From Sphagnum compactum (lineage: Eukaryota): a stretch of DNA of 64,000 nucleotides. Numbering within the stretch: the stretch's first letter is position 1; each line of letters opens with the position of its first letter. Under the pieces are notes generated by a model. That model ran no database searches, had not been told where the DNA came from, and was given only the letters and a program-made list of their open reading frames with translations. Positions 60,181 through 64,000 of this stretch are shown here, piece by piece. Made by a program: the position numbers and the translations under genes. The stretch is taken from contig OZ234493.1 of NCBI GenBank assembly GCA_965153455.1, positions 8,856,213 to 8,920,212 on the forward strand, written 5' to 3'.

Positions 60181-63100
60181 TTTAGAGTTGGACCCATTGT
60201 AAATTTATCAATTCATGCTTTCAAAATCAATGTTCAAAATTAAAAAATTTGCAAATTTCAAACTTATATATCAAGTCCTCGTCCAAACAATTTTATTTTC
60301 TTGTTTACGAAAGTACTCAACATGTATTAAAATCTTTAATTTCAATGGAGTTTTTAGTATTCAACTTATGTTTGTTAAACTAGTATAATAACTTTAAATC
60401 ATATTAGGTTTAGGTCATCATTAGTAATACATACCAACCATTTGGTAGGGTTTTTGTTCCTTACACGATTTCTTAGATGGCATTATGAACATTTGTGAAA
60501 TTTAAACCAATGTAATCACTCCCTATGGCGACAATACAAGATGACCCTAAAACAAATTACAAATCCAAATGTTACCTAACATCCAAACAATTAAACAAAT
60601 GCAATAGCCGCATGTTGAGAGCAATAACTAAACTACCAAATGAAGGGTCCGTAAAGGGAGTTGTCCCCTCTCCCTTGCATGGGGATCCCTTATACATTAT
60701 CAAAAATTAATTACATTGTAAAAGTTCAAGGGTTGTAAGGCCAAAATCCAAAGCCTCAAGCAACAAGTGTATGAAAAAATGGGGTAGATCATGAGCAAAT
60801 GCATAGATTGTTGAAAACACTAGTCAAAATTAGATGTTTGAAACCAAGATTTGACATTTGAAAGAAATTGGATGAGAAATTGGGCTTCAAATAACATTTG
60901 ACAATTATAATGAATATAAAACATATTTAAAAATGAAATGATCAAGTAATGATGGGCAAATTCATGTGTTTTACTTCAAAGTGCGGCCTTTTATGTGGTT
61001 AATAAACATGTTTCTAAGGAAATCCATAAAAGATGGTATATCCATTACACAAAATTAAGATATTAAAAAAATCATATACATTATTTTCTCATGGAAATCC
61101 ATGTGAAATCCCATGTCCATGATTAGGAGAAAAAATCAACAAATTTATTTTTAATCACAAAAGGTCGTGTAAAAAAATTGTTCACAAAACCATGACATTA
61201 TTTTGGGAACATAAATCCATGAAAAAATAGTTATTCACAAAAGGTATAAGTTAGTTGCCTAGAATTATTAGGTCAAAAATCAAAACTCAATATTGACCCC
61301 TAATCCTTAGTCCTAGTGGATGAGGAATTTCAAAAGGTTTGTTTATCCTTCAAGCAAATTATTTTCCTATATATGACAACTTCTAAATTATGAACATTCA
61401 TATTGTAAACATGCGATTTTTATACACAATGAAACTATTAGTATTTTATTAGCTTATTGAATGCCATAATGTTTGTTGATTTATTGGCTATAATTAAATA
61501 GCGAGTGCATAGTTATTGCATTGGGTGCATAGGGTGCATAGGGCGAATAGGTAGTGCATTGCTTTCGATCTTGCAAAGCAAAACATCTTTTCTAGTAGAA
61601 AGGAAAGATGCATGGATAACATGAAGAACGTGGTTGATGGTTGGGCATCTCTTTTCAATCAAAATAAAACAAGAAGGATTATATTATATGATAAAAAAAT
61701 TTTATTGTTCACCTCATTTGACATAGATATTGAAGGACCTCAATAGAGGCTAGTAGTACTTGTAACATCTAAATTAAAGAGAGGCATGCAAATTGTATTG
61801 GAATATGCAAAGTGCACACCATTTTGAAAGGGGGCACCATGTGTGTTGTGTAGGTTCAATTTTCTACATGAGTTGAATACAATTTCTTTGAACTCTACAT
61901 CTAGGTGCAACAAAGTATTGCACATGAAAAGAGGGATTGGAGATTAGACTACATAACATTTCGTTTATGTTGTAATATCATGGCAAATCTTGGCGTATGT
62001 CAACTAGTTGAGATTTGCATTGTAAGTTTAGAAAGGAAGATTCTAACTCATGGTTAAGAAGATGATATGTGTGTAATGTAGGGATGAAGGGGTTGAAGGC
62101 CCAACCATAACGAGTAATGTCACTTGAATACGATTTGTTACCAATGTTCTTTTGCTCAAGTCAAATGAGTACACCACTAAGTATGAAACATTACTTGGCT
62201 TTGTGTTTCCAAAATTTCAAATTGTGTCATAATAATATGAATGTACTCATTGTGTGGAACTAAATTTTACTTAACATGAGATCCACATTTAGTGGGGATT
62301 AGGCGAACATTTTGTGAACAACCTACTACAAAGAATTACATTTGGTTGCAAATTAAAACAACCTTATAACCTTATAGCAAATGGTGATGATGACCAATCA
62401 GCCCATAGTTATGTCAATCAAGTCCAACAAATTCACATTAGGTTTTAAAGGATTTATTCCATATTTTCATAGGGGAAAATAGACCCCCATGTAACAACTT
62501 ATTTAATGACAATAGACAATATTAAAAATATAAATAGATGGGAAGATCTTTGGGTCCATCATTTTTCTAGTTCAAAAAATATGTAATCCAATGCATCATA
62601 TCAGCTAAATTTGAATTTTTTTTATTGGAAAAAGAATTCTACTCCAACTTGGACTAATATTTTTGAAACAACTTGCATAGGTTTTATGCATGCTTGTGTT
62701 TATGAATCTATGACATTTAAGGATATACAATTTATCATTTAATAAATATATTATGTCATGTGTTTTCAAAATTTAGGGTCTAAGGTCTCACTAAGAACTA
62801 AGCATAAAAGTGGATGAATATGTTTCCATGTGGACATGTGTTAAAATGGTATAGATCAAATTATGCAACAAAGTGTCATGTTTTGTTTTCCTTGTGAATA
62901 ATCTTTTTTTTCATGGGAACAATTGTGGATATAGTGCAAGGTTTGATAAGAAGGCTAAACCCAAGATGATATTCATGACAACCTACTCAACTTGCACACA
63001 TGACTTTTTCCTTCAATTACTTTATCTTTTGGGAGATAAATAAATAAGTGTTCTCTCTTTCAAGATATTTTATTTATCTACATAACCTGATCATGTCCTT

Positions 63101-64000
63101 TTTTCTTATTTACTTTTCATTTTCATTGGATTTCTTTGCAAAATTTTGATTGCATTTTTCTAGAAAACCCTTGACTTTGAAGTGTGAAATGTGATAGTTT
63201 TGCTACCCAATCTGTCTACAATTTTCCTTTTTTAATCCATCTTTTGTTGTCTAATTTGGTCATAAATTTGGTCCAATGTGGTTCATGTTGATTGAAATTT
63301 TGGATTATACTAGTTTATTGAGGTATGAAAATATTGGGGATGAAATGATAATTATAGTTAATTTGTGATCTAGTCATGATTTGTGCATTACTTATGTAAA
63401 ACCAAGCTTTGGTTATGTTATTTTTCAATGTCATTCACCTATAGTCTAGGGTATAATGCCTTGTTCATGTTTATAGTCCCCCACAACAAATTGATATTTA
63501 GGGCATGGAACATATAATCCAATTGCATGTTTTTTAGACATAATTATATAATGTAATCTTTGCACATAGTTGAAATTATTTTAAAATTTGAAGAATAAGG
63601 TGAATGTGATTGTGAAATTGAAACAAAAGATAAGTTGTTTACAAAAAGGTTCATTGTTTATGAATTTTGAGTGTGTTCTCAAAGTAGAATGACAATGGCA
63701 AGGTCAATGGTTTGGGGTGAAAGCACATTATGGTGACCCCTTTTTGGTTGTCAGATTATACTACTTTCTAGGGGTGTGCATGTTTGAATGTATCCCACCT
63801 CAAACTTTTGAAAAAATTTCATAATATTTTTGCATATTATGTTAGAATATAACTTAACAAGATATTAAAAAAGAAATTATTTCATTTCATTTTATAAAAT
63901 GGGAGATTAGAATATATTTTTGAAAACAAATGTGTACTTATGTACTAAAAAAGACAAATATATTCCAAAAAATCGTAAATGATTTTTAATATTATGAAAG

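Noticed and set aside
57900-64000. Additional genes or intact TEs in the right end
   Set aside because: AT-rich with only short ORFs and no splice-supported or motif-supported coding sequence. It is probably decayed TE DNA.

Overview
Eukaryotic nuclear DNA from a land plant, almost certainly a moss. This is inferred from the moss-type phytochrome N-terminus and intron pattern and a bacterial-type GSII; the repeat landscape looks Sphagnum-like. Five intron-containing genes were reconstructed exon by exon from GT-AG junctions: phytochrome (-, 6 exons, 1127 aa), a DUF3353/CPP1-like chloroplast J-like protein (+, 361 aa), a plastid-targeted bacterial-type glutamine synthetase II (GSIIb; +, 420 aa), an NVL/CDC48C double-AAA ATPase (-, 13 exons, ~1085 aa) and a CCR4 deadenylase (+, 3' end uncertain). 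A sixth candidate, only partly visible in the ORF track, is a spliced two-exon small gene for an 83-aa hydrophobic protein at 12008-12383 (-). The AT-rich intergenic DNA holds a decayed pogo-like DDE transposase, a ~3.2 kb foldback element with tRNA-like motifs and a non-autonomous Helitron in its right arm, several dispersed MITE-like families and tandem repeats. One repeat family occurs only in introns of unrelated genes. All coordinates were read by eye and repeat boundaries are approximate.
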